A stretch of 64,000 nt of DNA from Candidatus Latescibacterota bacterium (GCA_965203175.1 OZ241867.1:3840001-3904000), one strand, 5' to 3'; counted from the stretch's first letter, positions 36,733-46,511 are shown. Made by a program: numbers and translations. Notes: a model not told the origin generated them from the sequence alone.

Positions 36733-38481
36733 CTAGCCGCTGGTGAGAACGCGTTTCAGGTTGTCCTCTCGGATCTCGATCTGTGATGCGTATTTGGTCC
36801 GCAGTTCGGCCAAGAATTGTTCAAATACCTGCTGCTTTTTGATCCAGTTGACTGTGGCCCGCACCCGCTTTTTGGCTCCTTCAAAGGAGGCCCGCTGCTG
36901 CTCGCGGGACAACACCTTGAAAATGGAGTACCCCTCGCGCACCTGCAGCGGCCCGATCAGCTCGCCCACGGGGGCTTTTCGGGCCGCCGCCACCAAGCGT
37001 CCGTACACCGCTGCGGCCGCAACCGTAAAACGCCGTCGGCCCTCTTCATCTCGCAGCTCTGGAGAGCGTTTGGAGTACTGGCGCGCCAAATCTCCCATGG
37101 ACGCACCCTGCCGGAGGCGTTCAAGCAAGTCCTTGGCCTCCTCTTCGGTGGCGACGAGGATTTCCTGGATCTCGATCTGGTCGGGCTTCGTGTAGCGGTC
37201 GGGATTTTCTTCGTATTCCCGGCGGATATCCTCTGCGGAAATGCTTACGCGCTCCTTCAACACTTGGACGCGCAACTGCACGACCAATTCCTGTTCTCGT
37301 TTCCTCGCCAGCCATTGCGTGATTTCCTCTTCCCGATCTAGGCCCTCCCGCAGGGCGGCTTCGACAAAGAGCGCATCGGGGGCCAAGGTACCTTCGGCGA
37401 ACTCGATAACTGCCTCTTTGTTGCGCAAGTCCAGCGTTTTGTATTTGAGTTGACTGGCGGCATCGAATACATCTCCGGCCGTGATCGTTCCTCCTTCATA
37501 GCGATAGAGAACAATAGCCCGCACTTCTTCGTCTCCGGAGGTGGATCCTCTGTGCATTGCCGCCGAGAAAGCGTCTAATCCCTGCTGGTCCCTTTCGAGT
37601 TTGAGGGCTTCTTTGAGGCTGTCGGTCAGGGCAGCCCTCGCCTCGACGCTGCGCTCGATGAAGAGTTGGCGGTAAATATTCTGGAATTGCTCGGCGTCTA
37701 GCCCGGTTTCGATTGACTCCAAGGCTTTGAAAAGGGCGAAATGACCACCGATGTCTATGGGCTGGCTCACTTCTCCTTTTTCAAGTGCGAAGAGGGGCGT
37801 GTGCAGATAGGGGGGCATATCTAGCTTGCCGACAAACCGACCGGTGTCTCCTCTTTGCTCCATTGTTGGTTTGTGGATGGACCACTGCTCGGCCACTTCT
37901 CCAAAATCTCGTCCCGAGGTGATCTCGCGCAGGGCTGACCAAGCGCTGTCTTTGCTGGTGGTGATGATTTGGGCAAAGCGGATTTTGCGCGCCAATTCCC
38001 GTTCCTGAAAGTAATCGCTGACCTCCTGTCCCGAGACTCGCACCTTGATCTTTTTAATCTGATAGAGGCCAATGAGCTTTTCCTTCTTGTACTGGGATAT
38101 CTTGTAGATGAAGGCTGGCAGGCGATCTATCCCTTGATCCTCGGCCTCCAACTGCAGCAGCTCCATATCGATGAGCGTCTGCAAATGGTTGCGCTCCTTC
38201 TCCAGTCCTTTACTGTCACTCTGGAGGTAATTGGGGATTTTGCCGTAGAACGCCCGTAGCTGACCAGCAGTGATGGATTGGTCTCCCACCCGGGCTAGTT
38301 CCAGTTTCCACTGGGCCGTCGAGTCCAGAGTTGTGGTGAGCTCTATCGTCGGCTGGGATGCTTTTTCCTCTTGCTCAGTGCACCCAGCCCCCAAAATCGC
38401 CAGCAGCGCTGCCCCGATCACCCATCTTGTCGCGGTGGATACAAGGCGTATTATTGCCTTGGGGCTTAGGTGTTTCATCAT
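36733..38481 (-). CDS. PpiC/parvulin-type peptidyl-prolyl isomerase lipoprotein (SurA/PrsA-like) with two rotamase domains
   Basis: Lipobox GAGC; DFGEVAEQWS..GDTG..GEVSQPI and MGDLARQYS..GELIGPL..GYSIFKV. Confidence 0.85.
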   Translation of the reverse strand: MMKHLSPKAIIRLVSTATRWVIGAALLAILGAGCTEQEEKASQPTIELTTTLDSTAQWKLELARVGDQSITAGQLRAFYGKIPNYLQSDSKGLEKERNHLQTLIDMELLQLEAEDQGIDRLPAFIYKISQYKKEKLIGLYQIKKIKVRVSGQEVSDYFQERELARKIRFAQIITTSKDSAWSALREITSGRDFGEVAEQWSIHKPTMEQRGDTGRFVGKLDMPPYLHTPLFALEKGEVSQPIDIGGHFALFKALESIETGLDAEQFQNIYRQLFIERSVEARAALTDSLKEALKLERDQQGLDAFSAAMHRGSTSGDEEVRAIVLYRYEGGTITAGDVFDAASQLKYKTLDLRNKEAVIEFAEGTLAPDALFVEAALREGLDREEEITQWLARKREQELVVQLRVQVLKERVSISAEDIRREYEENPDRYTKPDQIEIQEILVATEEEAKDLLERLRQGASMGDLARQYSKRSPELRDEEGRRRFTVAAAAVYGRLVAAARKAPVGELIGPLQVREGYSIFKVLSREQQRASFEGAKKRVRATVNWIKKQQVFEQFLAELRTKYASQIEIREDNLKRVLTSG

Positions 38482-38613
38482 TTTCCTCCAATGTCTCTAT
38501 GGCCGCATATTAAGGCATTGACCTATAGACGAAATTTGCAATTTACAAAACCCAATAAAGCCAACTTTTTTGCCACTGTCGAGAAACAGACAATCGCTGC
38601 CTGCGTCTTGTCT

Positions 38614-40638
38614 ATGTCCGTAAACAGCCGCCATGCCGTCGCTCTTTTCCTCTTGGCCCTGATTCTGCGTCTGGCCTACTTGGTGGAAATCCGCGACACA
38701 CTCTACTTTCAAACCCTGATCCTCGACGCTGAGGAGTACGATTATCTAGCCCAAGCTCTGCTCGAAGGCGACGGGTGGCTTACCACTCACCGCACCTACG
38801 TCCACGGTCCGCTCTATCCCGCGCTGTTGGTCCTGCTCAAACTGGGCGGAGCCGAACTCGTGGCTACGCGCCTGTTCCAGGCCGTCCTCGGGGCTTTATC
38901 CTGCGTCCTCCTCTACGCTATTGCTCGTCGATTTTTCCCCGTTCCTACCCCTTTGCTAACTGGTTTGATAGCAGTTGGGTACTGGCCCTTTATCCTCTAC
39001 AACGGCGAACTGTTGGCCACCACCCTGACCATCTTCATCGAACTGCTTTTGGTGATCCAACTAGTGCGTTGTACCGACCGCCCTAGCTATTGGTCGGCCG
39101 CTGGTGCTGGAGCGCTACTGGGCCTGCTGATCGAGACGCGCAGCAATACCCTGTTACTGGTGCCGGTGGCCCTCTGGTGGCTCTACCACCGGACTCGATC
39201 CCGATTACTGGTGCCTTTCTGCGTGGGACTCTGCGCCGTTCTGGCTCCTTTTTTGATCCATAATGGCCTCGTCCAAGGCACGCCGCTCCCTTTCCAAGGG
39301 GCTTGGAGCTTCTACATGGGCAACAACCCTGCGGCTGATGGCACCCCGTATGCACGGCAGGGGATAGACTGGCAACGCCTCGAAATACTGCCCTACCAAG
39401 CAGATATGGCTGCTTCGTCAGCCGACAGAGGACGGTTCTATCTGAGCGAGGGCCTCGACTTCATTGTCGACCAACCGCTCGCCTATCTCCACTTGCTCTA
39501 CCGCAAATTCAGACTGTTCTGGCACTCTTTTGAAATCCCAGTGAGTGTTGATATCCACTTTTACGAAGCGCATTCCCGCCTGAGTTACCTGAACCTTTTC
39601 GGCTTTGGCATTGTTGCGCCTCTAGCTCTAGTTGGGTTGGTGTGGAACTGGAACCGATGGCGCCAATACGGCCTGCTCTACGGCTTCGGACTATCCTACT
39701 TGGTCTCGGGCCTGCTCTTCACGGTGTGTGCTCGCTATCGGCTTCCCGCGGTGCCTTTTCTGATGCTTTTCGCCGCCGAGGCTGTTCGCCAAGGTGCTCT
39801 AAGTATAAAGGAGCACCAGTGGCGGCGCAGTGCTGCCTTGGCGCTGGCGCTGGGTGCTGCTCTTGCACTGGGGCACACTGGAATTGACCCCGCACAGGTG
39901 GATCATCTGCGCTCTGCTTGGCTCCAAGGACAGGTTCACATGCGTAACCAAGCATATGACCGCGCCGAAGCGGCCTATTTGCAAGCGCTCCAGACCGATC
40001 CCGACGACGCAGATGTCCACAGCAGTCTGGGCGCGGTTTACGAAGCGAAGAGGCGGCCTCGCGAGGCTGAAACGGCCTATCGCCAAGCCCTCGTTCTGGC
40101 CTCTGATCACACCCGGGCCCAGCTCAATCTGGGCAATCTCCTCCGCGGGAAGCAGCGCTTCGATAAAGCCAAGGCCCTCTTCCTTGAGGTGCTCGCCAAC
40201 GATCCCCGTCCCACCATTCAATACGAGGGTCATTATTATCTAGGATATCTTCATCTGGACCAGCAGGATTATCTGCGGGCTTATAGCTCTTTCACTACGG
40301 CTGTAGAAGCAGAGCAACGAGCCGAAGGGTTCTACGCCTTGGCTAATGCCTGCCACCATCTAGGGTATCAGGACGAGCAGATCCGGCACTTGCGGCAGAC
40401 TGTAGATCTAGATCCAGAATTTGCCGCTGCCCACCGCAACCTTGGAGCTTTGTACCTGCAGCGAGGCGAGCACTCCCTTGCCGAAGAAGCACTGCGCCAA
40501 GCCCTGAAACTCGAACCTGATGTGGCTATTGCCCACTACAATCTGGGCGTACTCTATATGCGCACCGGGCGACGAGAATTGGCCCAGACCGCCTTCGAAA
40601 TCGCCGAGCAGCTACGCCGGGCGGGGACATCCCCCTGA
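38614..40638 (+). CDS. GT-C (ArnT/PMT-like) glycosyltransferase with C-terminal TPRs
   Basis: ILDAEEYD, GPLYP, FYMGNNP.ADG, RYRLP; several TPRs. Confidence 0.85.
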   Translation: MSVNSRHAVALFLLALILRLAYLVEIRDTLYFQTLILDAEEYDYLAQALLEGDGWLTTHRTYVHGPLYPALLVLLKLGGAELVATRLFQAVLGALSCVLLYAIARRFFPVPTPLLTGLIAVGYWPFILYNGELLATTLTIFIELLLVIQLVRCTDRPSYWSAAGAGALLGLLIETRSNTLLLVPVALWWLYHRTRSRLLVPFCVGLCAVLAPFLIHNGLVQGTPLPFQGAWSFYMGNNPAADGTPYARQGIDWQRLEILPYQADMAASSADRGRFYLSEGLDFIVDQPLAYLHLLYRKFRLFWHSFEIPVSVDIHFYEAHSRLSYLNLFGFGIVAPLALVGLVWNWNRWRQYGLLYGFGLSYLVSGLLFTVCARYRLPAVPFLMLFAAEAVRQGALSIKEHQWRRSAALALALGAALALGHTGIDPAQVDHLRSAWLQGQVHMRNQAYDRAEAAYLQALQTDPDDADVHSSLGAVYEAKRRPREAETAYRQALVLASDHTRAQLNLGNLLRGKQRFDKAKALFLEVLANDPRPTIQYEGHYYLGYLHLDQQDYLRAYSSFTTAVEAEQRAEGFYALANACHHLGYQDEQIRHLRQTVDLDPEFAAAHRNLGALYLQRGEHSLAEEALRQALKLEPDVAIAHYNLGVLYMRTGRRELAQTAFEIAEQLRRAGTSP

Positions 40639-40676
40639 AAAGCAGGGTAAGGCCATCGGGAATATTGAGGCACTCT

Positions 40677-42560
40677 TTAATAGGCGACGTGTAGTGGTTT
40701 TACGGCCTCGACCGTTTGGTGGTCGGTCTCGACGGAGACGCGGTATAGATACAGCCCCGGCGGCACCAGCCGTCCCGACTCGTCCCGGCCATCCCATAGC
40801 TGTTCATACGTACCAATCCCGTCCAAACCCTCATACACCCGACGCATCCGACGACCCGATAAGTCCCACACCGCCACCACCACCCAAGACGGATTCGTCA
40901 ACTCTACCAAGCTATACCCCAAGCCCACTACATCGTTGTGCGCATCCCCGTTGGGCGTCAAAACTGCTGGTCCGGCCTCTATCTGCAGCACGTTTTGATG
41001 TTGCGCGCGGGTGGCTACCCACACCCGATTGTCCTCATAGGCCGGGGTAGCATCGCCTTCCTGCACGCTCTGGGGCACCTCCAACGGTAGGGCACTATCC
41101 CACACCCGCATTAAAAAAGCCGAGCCATAGCGCAGCACCTCTGCCTCAAAGAGCACCTCGACCAAAGCACCCGAATCCTGAGCTGTCAGCCGAGGGATAC
41201 TCACGACCACTCGGTGTGGCTCGGCCGCTTCCACGGCATAATCTATCGGCTCATCGCCGATGCGCACTTGGCTTACGGGACCTAGCCGCGCCACGGTGGC
41301 CACCTCTAACCGGTCAAAGCCGCCACTATCCACCCCAATGGTGGGTCGTATCACATAGGTAAACTGCTGCGGCTGTCCCACCTTTACCTCGACCGGCCAG
41401 ACCTCGCCGACCAACTGCGTGGCCACCGGTGGGGAAGCGCGTACTTCGAGAAAGTCGACCTGTCCGCCATCGTCGTCTTGGGGCAGAAAATCGACCCTAA
41501 GTTGGAGGTAGCGTCTTGGACTCAGCGACACCACGGGGGTGCCACTGCTGTCGGCAAAGGCATAAGGGGCCGACCAGAACGTCCAGTTCGCTTGATCGTA
41601 GCCAATGCCGGCTTTTTCACCCACAGCTAACTTGGCGTATTCGTTTCGACTGACGGGTGTTTTTTCGTCTCCTCGTCCGGTGAAGCGCAAGAACAGGTCG
41701 GGGTCGTCGTCTTGTCCGGAGCGGGATTGGATAAGCACTTGGGCTTTGGGGTCTTGTCGTCCGGCCCAGCGCAGGTTGCCCCAAGCCATGGGCTGACCAA
41801 AATCGAGAATATTGGAAATATAAGTTGCTTGTTCGGCAAAGCCTTTGGCGTAGATTTCTATCTCATTGACTTCCCAGTCCTCGCCGTGTTCGCCGACAGT
41901 CACCTGCACAAATTCCACATCCTCGTGCGCTGGAATGGGTACATCCAATATCTGCTCTCGGTTGTCTCGCACCTCGACGATCCAAGGCGAAAATGGCTCG
42001 GGAGTAAGACTAAAAGAGATGCGCGCGGGCAGCGGCCCAATGTGGATGCGGAAGGTCCGCACAGTTCTGCTCGGGTTGATCAACCCGGATATAATCCGAA
42101 TCCGATCAATGCGATAACGACTGCCTAAAAAAATATTAGCTGTGCCCTGGCGACCGAAGTCGTCGGTACAGGATCCTCGACTGCGGAATTGGGCGCATAT
42201 ATATTTCTCTGCCAGCCAGAAGACACCCGTATCCCCATCCCATACTTCTCTATTTATATTGGGCCTTAAATGTGCCCCTCCTCTCTCTTCAACTCCAGGT
42301 GCGATGTTGAAGTTTGGATCGCGTTTCAGAGGCCAGATACTAGCACTAGCCAAGCCCACCTCAGTGGCTTTCCCACCGCGGTCTTCCCCTATATCCGTCC
42401 AGTCTAGCTGGATAAATTCCACCCCTTCGCCGCTTGCTTCAGGCGGCGGCTCTAGCGCTTCACCGCCGAAGCGGTAGATGACCAACCCGGAAGCTTCTCC
42501 AGTCGCGAAGCCAATCCACAGGGAGAGAGCCCAGGTCAACGAACGGAATAGGTCGCTCAT
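40677..42560 (-). CDS. Secreted discoidin-like/FlgD-Ig protein, variable-loop subfamily copy B (627 aa)
   Basis: Paralogue of 28775-30679 with the same motifs. Confidence 0.85.
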   Translation of the reverse strand: MSDLFRSLTWALSLWIGFATGEASGLVIYRFGGEALEPPPEASGEGVEFIQLDWTDIGEDRGGKATEVGLASASIWPLKRDPNFNIAPGVEERGGAHLRPNINREVWDGDTGVFWLAEKYICAQFRSRGSCTDDFGRQGTANIFLGSRYRIDRIRIISGLINPSRTVRTFRIHIGPLPARISFSLTPEPFSPWIVEVRDNREQILDVPIPAHEDVEFVQVTVGEHGEDWEVNEIEIYAKGFAEQATYISNILDFGQPMAWGNLRWAGRQDPKAQVLIQSRSGQDDDPDLFLRFTGRGDEKTPVSRNEYAKLAVGEKAGIGYDQANWTFWSAPYAFADSSGTPVVSLSPRRYLQLRVDFLPQDDDGGQVDFLEVRASPPVATQLVGEVWPVEVKVGQPQQFTYVIRPTIGVDSGGFDRLEVATVARLGPVSQVRIGDEPIDYAVEAAEPHRVVVSIPRLTAQDSGALVEVLFEAEVLRYGSAFLMRVWDSALPLEVPQSVQEGDATPAYEDNRVWVATRAQHQNVLQIEAGPAVLTPNGDAHNDVVGLGYSLVELTNPSWVVVAVWDLSGRRMRRVYEGLDGIGTYEQLWDGRDESGRLVPPGLYLYRVSVETDHQTVEAVKPLHVAY

Positions 42561-42710
42561 AAGATGGGCCTTGGGGGATAGGGGGCCTATAGAAGAAACA
42601 ATCCTACGATCACTACATTAGCCACATGTTTTCTATATATAGATACGAATATTGGCTCAGATTGCGAAAGTTGACTTTTCGCGGACGGCCAACGGCAAAC
42701 GAAAAATTGC

Positions 42711-44594
42711 TCAGTATACCACGTGCAGGAGTCCAGCTTGCTCGACCGTTTGATGGTCGGCCCCGACGGAGACGCGGTAGAGGTACAGCCCCGGCGGCAC
42801 CAGCCGTCCCGACGCATCGCGACCATCCCACATTCGCTCGTAGATACCAACCCCATCCAAACCTCCATACACCTGACGAACCCGACGACCCGATAAGTCC
42901 CACACCGCCACCGCCACCCAGGACGGACCGGTCAACTCTATCAAGCGATACTCCAATCCTACCTCGTCGTTGCGCTCATCCCCGTTGGGGGTCAAGACTG
43001 CCGGCTTTCGGCCCATCTGCAACACCCCTTGATGCTCTGCCTTGGTGGCCACCCATACCCGATTGTCCTCATAGGTGGGAGTGGCATCGCCTTCCTGCAC
43101 GCTCTGGGGCACCTCCAATGGCAGGGCACTGTCCCACACCCGCACCGAAAAAGTCGAGCCATAGAGCAACACCTCTGCCTCAAAGGCCACTTCCACCAAA
43201 GCACCCGAATCCTGAGCCGTTAGTCGAGGGATACTCACGACCACTCGGTGTGGCTCCGTCGCTTCCACTGCATAATCTACCGGCTCATCGCCAATGCTCA
43301 CTTGGGTTACAGGTCCTAGCCGCGCCGCGGTGGCCACCTCTAACCGGTCGAAGCCGCCACTGTCCACCCCAAGGGTGGGTCTTAGCACATAGGTAAACTG
43401 CTGCGGTCGTCCTACGGCGGCCTCTACCGGCCAGATCTCGCCGACCAACTGCGTGGCCACCGGTGGGGAAGCGCGCACTTCGAGAAAATCCATCTGTCCA
43501 CTGTCTTGGTCTTGGGGGAGAATGTCAACCTTGAGTTGGAGGTAGCGTCTTGGACTCATCGACACGATGGGGGTGCCACTGCTGTCGGCAAAGGCATAGG
43601 GGGACGACCAGAACGTCCAGTTGGCATGATCGTAGTCGACACCGGCTTTTTCAGCCCTAGCTAACTTGGCGTAGGTAGTTCGGCTGACGGGCATTTTTTC
43701 GTCGCCTCGTCCGGTGAAGCGCCAGAACAGGTCGGGGTCTTCATCTTGTCCGGAGCGGGATTGGATGAGGACGCGGGCTTTGGGGTCTTGGTGGCCGGCC
43801 CAGCGCAGGTTGCCCCAAGCCATGGGCTGACCAAAATCGAGAATGTTAGAGATGTACGTCGCTTGTTCGACAAAGCCTTTGGCGTAGATTTCTACCTCGT
43901 GGACTTCCCAGTCCTCGTTGTGTTCGCCGACCGTTACCTGCACGAATTCCACTTGCTCGTGTGGTGGGATGGGGATATCGAGGATCTGCTCCCGATTGTC
44001 GCGCACCTCGACGATCCAGGGGGCAAAAGGCGGAGGATTGAAAGTGATCCTCATCGTGGGAAGGAGCGGGGACATGAAAACGCGGAGGGAGCCCACAATT
44101 TTGCCTGGGTCGGCCAACCCGGACTTCACTCGGATCCGGTCGATTAGATAGCGACCTCCCAAAAAAATATTGGCCGTGCCCGGAGTGCCGAAATCGTCAA
44201 TACAGACGAGGTTATAGGCCTCGAATTCGGCACACAGATATCTGTCTGCCAACCAGACAGTGCTCTCGTCCCCATCCCAGACCTGTCCATTGACGTTGGG
44301 TCTGACGTGGCTTCCCCCCTTTTCTTCGACACCTGGCGCTATATTGAAAGTAGGATCGCGTTTTTGGGCCCGGATGACGGCGTCTATATCTAGGTCGGCG
44401 GCCTCTCCACCTAGGGAAGGATCGAGATCGGTCCAACTCAGTTGAATAAATTCCACCCCTTCGTGGTCTACTTCGGGCGGTGGCGCTAGCGCTTCACCGC
44501 CGAAACGGTAGATGACCAACCCGGAAGCTTCTCCAGTCGCGAAACTAAGCCACAGGAAGAGAGCCCAGGTCAACAAACGGAATAGGTCGCTCAT
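42711..44594 (-). CDS. Secreted discoidin-like/FlgD-Ig protein, variable-loop subfamily copy C (627 aa)
   Basis: Tandem paralogue with the same motifs. Confidence 0.85.
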   Translation of the reverse strand: MSDLFRLLTWALFLWLSFATGEASGLVIYRFGGEALAPPPEVDHEGVEFIQLSWTDLDPSLGGEAADLDIDAVIRAQKRDPTFNIAPGVEEKGGSHVRPNVNGQVWDGDESTVWLADRYLCAEFEAYNLVCIDDFGTPGTANIFLGGRYLIDRIRVKSGLADPGKIVGSLRVFMSPLLPTMRITFNPPPFAPWIVEVRDNREQILDIPIPPHEQVEFVQVTVGEHNEDWEVHEVEIYAKGFVEQATYISNILDFGQPMAWGNLRWAGHQDPKARVLIQSRSGQDEDPDLFWRFTGRGDEKMPVSRTTYAKLARAEKAGVDYDHANWTFWSSPYAFADSSGTPIVSMSPRRYLQLKVDILPQDQDSGQMDFLEVRASPPVATQLVGEIWPVEAAVGRPQQFTYVLRPTLGVDSGGFDRLEVATAARLGPVTQVSIGDEPVDYAVEATEPHRVVVSIPRLTAQDSGALVEVAFEAEVLLYGSTFSVRVWDSALPLEVPQSVQEGDATPTYEDNRVWVATKAEHQGVLQMGRKPAVLTPNGDERNDEVGLEYRLIELTGPSWVAVAVWDLSGRRVRQVYGGLDGVGIYERMWDGRDASGRLVPPGLYLYRVSVGADHQTVEQAGLLHVVY

Positions 44595-44624
44595 AAGATG
44601 GGCCTAAGGCAAACGAAAAATTGC

Positions 44625-46511
44625 TCAGTACACCACGTGCAGGAGTCCGGCTTGCTCGGCTGTTTGGTGATCGGCCTCGACGGATACGCGGTATAAGTAG
44701 AGTCCCGGTGGCACCAGCCGTCCTGACGCATCGTGCCCATCCCACATCCGCTCATACGTTCCCACATCGTCTCGCCCTGCATACACCTGACGCACCAGCC
44801 GTCCCGACAAATCCCACACCGCCACCACCACCGACGCCGCTCCCGTCAGTTCCAATAAATCGTAGCCCAGTCCTACTGTATCGTTGCGCCCATCCCCATT
44901 GGGCGTCAAGATTGCTGACGCCGTCCGCACCTGTAACACCGCCTGCTCTCGGGCTGTTGTGGCCACCCACATCCGATTGCCTTCATAGGCTGGACTGGCA
45001 TCGCCCTCCTGCACACTCTGGGATACCTCCAACGGCCGGGCACTGTCCCATACCTGCGCGGCAAAGGTAGATCCATAGCGCAATACTTGGGCTCGGAAAA
45101 CCACCTCTATTAAGGTCCCTGAGTCTTGGGCCGTCAGCCGCGGAAAATTCACTACCACTCGGTGTGGCTCGGCCACTTCTACTGCATAATCTACCGGCTC
45201 ATCGCCGATGCGCACCGCAGCGACCCCCTCGACAATCGACGAGGTCGCTATCGCCAACCGGTCAAAGCCCTCGTCGTTGGTGCCAAGGGTTGGTCGCACC
45301 GCGTAAGTGAACTGCTGCGGCTGTCCCACCTTTACCTCCACAGGCCAGATCTCGCCGACTAGCTGCGTGGCCACCGGTAGGGAAGCGCGTACTTCGAGAA
45401 AGTCCACTTGTCCACCATCGTCGTCTTGGGGTAGAAAGTCGACTTTGAGTTGGAGGTAGCGTCGTGGACTCAGCGACACTACGGGGGTGCCGTTACCGTC
45501 GGCAAAGGCGTAGGGAGCGGACCAGAACGTCCAGTTAGCATGATCGTAGCCGATACCGGCTTTTTCGCCGATAGCTAGCTTGGCGTAGGTAGCTCGGCTG
45601 ACGGATATTTTTTCATCGCCTCGTCCGGTAGATCGCCAGAACAGGTCGGGGTCTTCGTCTTGTCCGGACCGAGATTGGATGAGGACGCGGGCTTTGGGGT
45701 CTTGTCGTCCGGACCAGCGCAGGTCACCCCAAGCCATTGGCTGACCAAAATCGAGGATGTTCGAGATGTAGCTGGCCTTTTTGACCAGCCCTTTGGCGTA
45801 GACTTCTATCTCGTTTACTTCCCAGTCCTCGCGGTGCTCGCTGATGGCCACTTGCACAAAGGTCGTTCCCTCTTGTGGTGGGATGGGGATATCGATGATC
45901 TGCTCTCGATTGTCTCGTACCTCGATGACCCAAGGCGAATACGGCGGGGGATGATCAATGAGAGATCTATTCTTCCAAGGCAACTCTGGCGCGATGTAAA
46001 TACGGAAGGTCCGCACTATTTTACTCGGATCGGTCAGGCCGGATATAATTCGGATCCGGTCGATAAGATAGGGACGACCTAAGTTGATGTTAGCCGTGCC
46101 CTGTCGGCCAAAATCATCTACGCAGAAAAACCTGCTGAGTGCGCCACACAGATAACTAGCCGCCACCCAAGGCACACTGACATCTCCATCCCATACTTCC
46201 ACATTCACATTGGGTCTGACGTGCTCTCCACCATGTTCTTCAATTCCGGGGGCGATATTGAAATTTGGATCGCGTTCAAGTGGCTGGATAGCGGCGGTGT
46301 CTATATTCAGATCGACTGTCTCTCCGCCTAGGGAAGGATCGAGATCAGTCCAGCTTAGCTGGATGAATTCCACGCCTTCATGATCTGCCTCTGGAGGCGG
46401 ATCCAGTATTTCGCCGCCCAATCGGTAGATGACCAACCCGGAAGCCGGTCCGGCCGCGGAACTAGCCCACAAGAAGAGGCCCCAAATCAACAAACGGAAT
46501 AAGTCAGCCAT
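44625..46511 (-). CDS. Secreted discoidin-like/FlgD-Ig protein, variable-loop subfamily copy D (628 aa)
   Basis: Tandem paralogue with the same motifs. Confidence 0.85.
   Translation of the reverse strand: MADLFRLLIWGLFLWASSAAGPASGLVIYRLGGEILDPPPEADHEGVEFIQLSWTDLDPSLGGETVDLNIDTAAIQPLERDPNFNIAPGIEEHGGEHVRPNVNVEVWDGDVSVPWVAASYLCGALSRFFCVDDFGRQGTANINLGRPYLIDRIRIISGLTDPSKIVRTFRIYIAPELPWKNRSLIDHPPPYSPWVIEVRDNREQIIDIPIPPQEGTTFVQVAISEHREDWEVNEIEVYAKGLVKKASYISNILDFGQPMAWGDLRWSGRQDPKARVLIQSRSGQDEDPDLFWRSTGRGDEKISVSRATYAKLAIGEKAGIGYDHANWTFWSAPYAFADGNGTPVVSLSPRRYLQLKVDFLPQDDDGGQVDFLEVRASLPVATQLVGEIWPVEVKVGQPQQFTYAVRPTLGTNDEGFDRLAIATSSIVEGVAAVRIGDEPVDYAVEVAEPHRVVVNFPRLTAQDSGTLIEVVFRAQVLRYGSTFAAQVWDSARPLEVSQSVQEGDASPAYEGNRMWVATTAREQAVLQVRTASAILTPNGDGRNDTVGLGYDLLELTGAASVVVAVWDLSGRLVRQVYAGRDDVGTYERMWDGHDASGRLVPPGLYLYRVSVEADHQTAEQAGLLHVVY

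Noticed and set aside
28775-46511. DGR, shufflon or CRISPR explanation for the long repeats
   Set aside because: Repeats are coding paralogues in the same orientation; differences include indels and are not adenine-specific; no RT, invertase or repeat-spacer pattern
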